From Mobula hypostoma (taxonomy: Eukaryota): a stretch of 64,000 nt of DNA. The DNA is taken from contig NC_086118.1 of the NCBI RefSeq assembly GCF_963921235.1, forward strand, positions 22,694,001 to 22,758,000. The letters run 5' to 3'. The notes below the pieces were generated by a model that saw only the letters and a list, made by a program, of their open reading frames with translations, was not told the DNA's origin and ran no database searches. Shown here in pieces: positions 60,596 through 64,000 of this stretch. The stretch's first letter is position 1; every line of letters starts with the position of its first letter. Position numbers and translations under genes: made by a program.

Positions 60596-63299
60596 TAAAA
60601 GGCATGTTCACTCTTGCCCTTTACAGCTTTCAGTTGACTCTGGTTGACAGAAGTAGTTACTTTAATCTAGTTGATTTTCTTTTCTACTACTTTAGGGATC
60701 AATTTCGATACCAACAAGAAGGTAACATGTTTACTTGGCCTCTCCTTTGCAATGAAACATATATATCTTGGGGCCAAGCTATTCCTCTTCTTAGAGGCAT
60801 TAACCATTCTGATAAGTTCACATTTATAGCTGATGTTTCCAGGCGCATCCACTGGCTCGCAACTATATTTATGCTTTACCACTGCTAAATACCCCAACAC
60901 CTGACTCACTATTGGGCGCACTGGTGATGTGCTGTTTGCACCTGAGGACCAACTTCACATCAGAGAGGGCTGGCAAGGAAGTAGCAATCTCATTCAATTG
61001 AATTGTACTACGGACTCGGTATATATAAAAAAACTAAGGCACGTGTGCTTTACTTACCTTATTCCAATTTACCGTTTTAAATTATTTATTAGTCTTTCAC
61101 TGTTTTACTTACCTCTATTTAAATTATTTAGTTTTTTACATTATTTACATATTTTTGAATAATCTTTAATTATATGCCTATCAAGAGAAATTCAAATGCT
61201 GGTAGTTGTCGTTTTTCTACCACCTTAGATAGCCTCAGACTACCAGTGAGCTGTCCAAGATAGCCGTGTCTTCCTGGGGAAAGAGCTTCAGAAGCTACCT
61301 GAAATCTGTCTGTGCTGATAGCTCATTCCACCCCCAGATAACTCAGGGTCAGGATGTTCTGTCCTCTGGCCAAGCTAAGTACAAGTACAGCGAGTACCGG
61401 CTGCAAAAATCAGTTCAATATCCTTTCACTGGTTTTTTATAACCAACAAAGCAGTAAAGTTGATCCTTCTTTGCACAATAAGTTCTGTGATTTAGAAAAG
61501 CAGTTTACTGTAAAAGAGAACTCTGCTCCAAAACAACCATGGTTTGAGGACATGCTTCTCGAGATGTCCATGACATGATTGCTGCTGAAGAAAGAATGCT
61601 TCTGTGATAAGGCACCTCCAGGGTTTCTTCACGAAAATGAGACTGTTTGTGAGGCAGTCCCTTTTAATTGCAATTACACCAGAGCTTGGTGACTCAGCCA
61701 AGTCTAAAGGGACCCAAGTATACATGTTGAGTTCTGGTGTATGCTGTGATCAATGTGTCTGTCGGCCTGGTCAGAGCGATTTGCTTAATGTTACTGCCAT
61801 GCAAGTAATAGGTTTGGGATTATTTTATTTATCGTGATGGTCAGGTCAGGTTGGGTCAATTCTGAGGGAAATGTATAACTCCTAGGTTTGTAATGGACAT
61901 GTCGAGTCGAGTTCAAGTGAGGTTTTAATTTTATATTCAAACAGACTTCTAAATCACACTGTGCCTCCAGCATTTGGTTTTCTTCAAAGTTTACCACAGT
62001 AGCAGTAATAATGACACAATCTATTTCTGTTGATTGGTAATGTATCTCCCTTTATTTCTGTGTTTATTTTGTAATTACTAAGTTTTGTAAGGATATATTT
62101 GTAAGCTTGCCATGTTTGTTTTCTAGTTTCATGAAAACCAGTTGTGTAGTTTTTATTGTGTGTTCCAAACTATTATTCTTGCTTTAGCATCGAGATCACA
62201 GGAATTACTCTACTGTTAAATAAAAGAGGCCTTGGGGTTACCCCGGTTGTAAATTGATTATCAGGGGAAACCACCCCAGGTTAATGGCAATTTCCTGCCA
62301 GGAAAAGGAATTTACAGAATGATAAAGGTAACAAATGATTAGGGATTTTCAGCTCATGCATACGGCAATTATCAGGCTTTCTAGCAAGGAGAAAACTTCA
62401 TAAAAATTTAACTATCTATTACTTTTCTCTGTAAAGTAATGCTTATCAGGGAAAGTTTTAACCACATCTCTCAAAAGCACACTTTAATTAGTTAAATGTG
62501 TACCTTGAATATTATCTTAAGGAGATACAACCTTAAGTTATGGAAGCGTTTTGTAGATATTCTTCTCATAATACTAATGGATAACTCAGAATGATGATTG
62601 TTTACTTAGTTACCGTAAGAGCAAAACTCAGGAGAACTTGAAACAGATTAATACTGTTGGTAATTGAGTTTAGTGCATAAATGCTTACTTTTGTTCATGA
62701 ATTTTACATTCAAAGAGAGTGCTGTTAATAATGTAAAGTGGATCCTGCACCATATTGAAAGGAACCTATGATGCTTTCAGCCTGAAAAATTGTAGCCAAC
62801 AGTAGAGTTACAGGGTTATTGGTCACTGTCAAGTTAATGGTAAGGGTAATGGCAATCTCTTACTTGTGGATAAATTGTACAGGAACATTAGGGAGGCACA
62901 GGAGACACAGTTAAATACAAATATATAGAAGCAGCTGTCCAAAAAGTGTTGCTGCATCATTAGCATTATGAAGATGACATGTTGCTCCTAGCCTTTCTTG
63001 TTTTTCAAGATATTGCTACATTTACCCGTTAAACAGACAGTAAAAATACTAAGCATAATCCCATCATTAAAGGGTCAAGCGTTCTTTTACCAACGGAAAA
63101 ATAGCAATGACTGTCTGTAATCCTCTTCAACTCTGAAAATTAACTGTTTTAAATAGAGAAGTTTCATTCTACAATTGTTTTAAAAGTGTCTCTTTTCAAT
63201 TGCTTTTCTCTTTCTTTATTGTTTTTTTTCCTGTCACTCTCACTTTATATCTAGTTCAGAAGCTGATGTGGGCACTCAGATAGCTTCATCCTGATACAA

Positions 63300-63560
63300 T
63301 CCTCCTCACCATGGATGACATCTCCAAAAAACACTGCCTCCAGAAGGTGACTTCCATCATTAAGGATTCTCACCATCCCAGATACACTCTCTTATTACTA
63401 CGGTTGAGTAGGAGGTATGGGAGCCTGAAGACCAACACTTACAATTTTAAAAGCATCTTCTTTCCCCCTGCCATCAGATTTCTGCATGGTTCATGAATAC
63501 TACTTGGCTAGTCCTCTTTCGCATTATTTACTTGTTTTTGTAACAATGATTTTATGTCTT
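63300..63560 (+). mobile_element. Rex1-type LINE 3' fragment
   Basis: CLQKVTSIIKDSHHP..RRYGSLKT..FFPPAIRFL. Confidence 0.75.
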
Positions 63561-63571
63561 ATTCTATAATA

Positions 63572-64000
63572 CGGGAGAGGGAGGAGAAGATGGCGGCGCG
63601 ACGCAGCGCGCACAGCCGTTCCGAATTGATATCGTATCTGTGAAGTAGGATGCCGTGCACAATCCAGATTTGATAGAGACAGACGTGAAGAAGCACGGAG
63701 GAACATCTGGAGTAACTTCTGAAACGCCCGCTTCGCTGCCGCTGCTACTGTGCGATCGAGAATCTCCGGAGGGAGGGCCCCAAATCCTCGGCCTTGCCTG
63801 TTGCCTGTTGCCGGGGCTGAGGTCGAAGCGCTCGGCGGAGATGGTGCTCGGTGCATTGGTGTCAGGAAGCTGGTCGGAGGCTCGGAATTTTCGGACGGAC
63901 TTGGAGTCAGACTGTGGCTGGATGCTTCCAGGATGCTGCATCGGCAAGTTTGCGGCGCTGGAGGTTTACCGTCTGCGTGAGATGATGGGACTTTCGAGAG
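63572..64000 (+). mobile_element. 5' part of the CpG-rich non-autonomous retroposon (runs off the window)
   Basis: Begins GGGAGAGGGAGGAGAAGATGGCGGCG; colinear with 56990-57360. Confidence 0.75.

Noticed and set aside
59552..60888. 348-aa and 424-aa Pro/Ser/His/Leu-rich ORFs
   Set aside because: Artefacts of the G-poor C-rich repeat, which lacks stop codons in multiple frames.
1..64000. Prokaryotic systems (CRISPR arrays, retrons, operons) and genuine tRNA/rRNA genes
   Set aside because: The DNA is vertebrate-like; all RTs are LINE or Gypsy type, no regularly spaced repeat-spacer array was seen, and tRNA-like motifs are SINE heads.

Overview
Repeat-rich vertebrate genomic DNA with no recognisable host protein-coding exon. 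The repeat mix (CR1, Rex1/Rex-Babar LINEs, V-SINEs, Penelope-like termini, Tc1 and hAT MITEs) suggests a cartilaginous fish, probably a ray or skate; this is inference. The main feature is a full-length, apparently intact L1 retrotransposon on the minus strand (4953-10800) with ORF1, ORF2, an A-rich tail and a perfect 10-bp target-site duplication. The rest is layered, often nested, TE debris: a Gypsy remnant inside a Tc1 remnant, Rex1 inside CR1, Tc1 inside CR1, a Tx1-like L1 remnant and hAT MITEs. Several repeat-poor islands look like conserved non-coding elements. The most notable observations are minimal hammerhead-ribozyme motifs in Penelope-derived termini (some as palindromic mini-elements), an inverted copy of the L1 5' terminal motif in its inter-ORF spacer, a zinc-finger TIR element with a 6-bp TSD and nested duplicated end, and a two-segment permuted inverted duplication near 1.4-2.3 kb. 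Family names come from motif recognition only, no database search was run, and boundaries of degraded elements are approximate.
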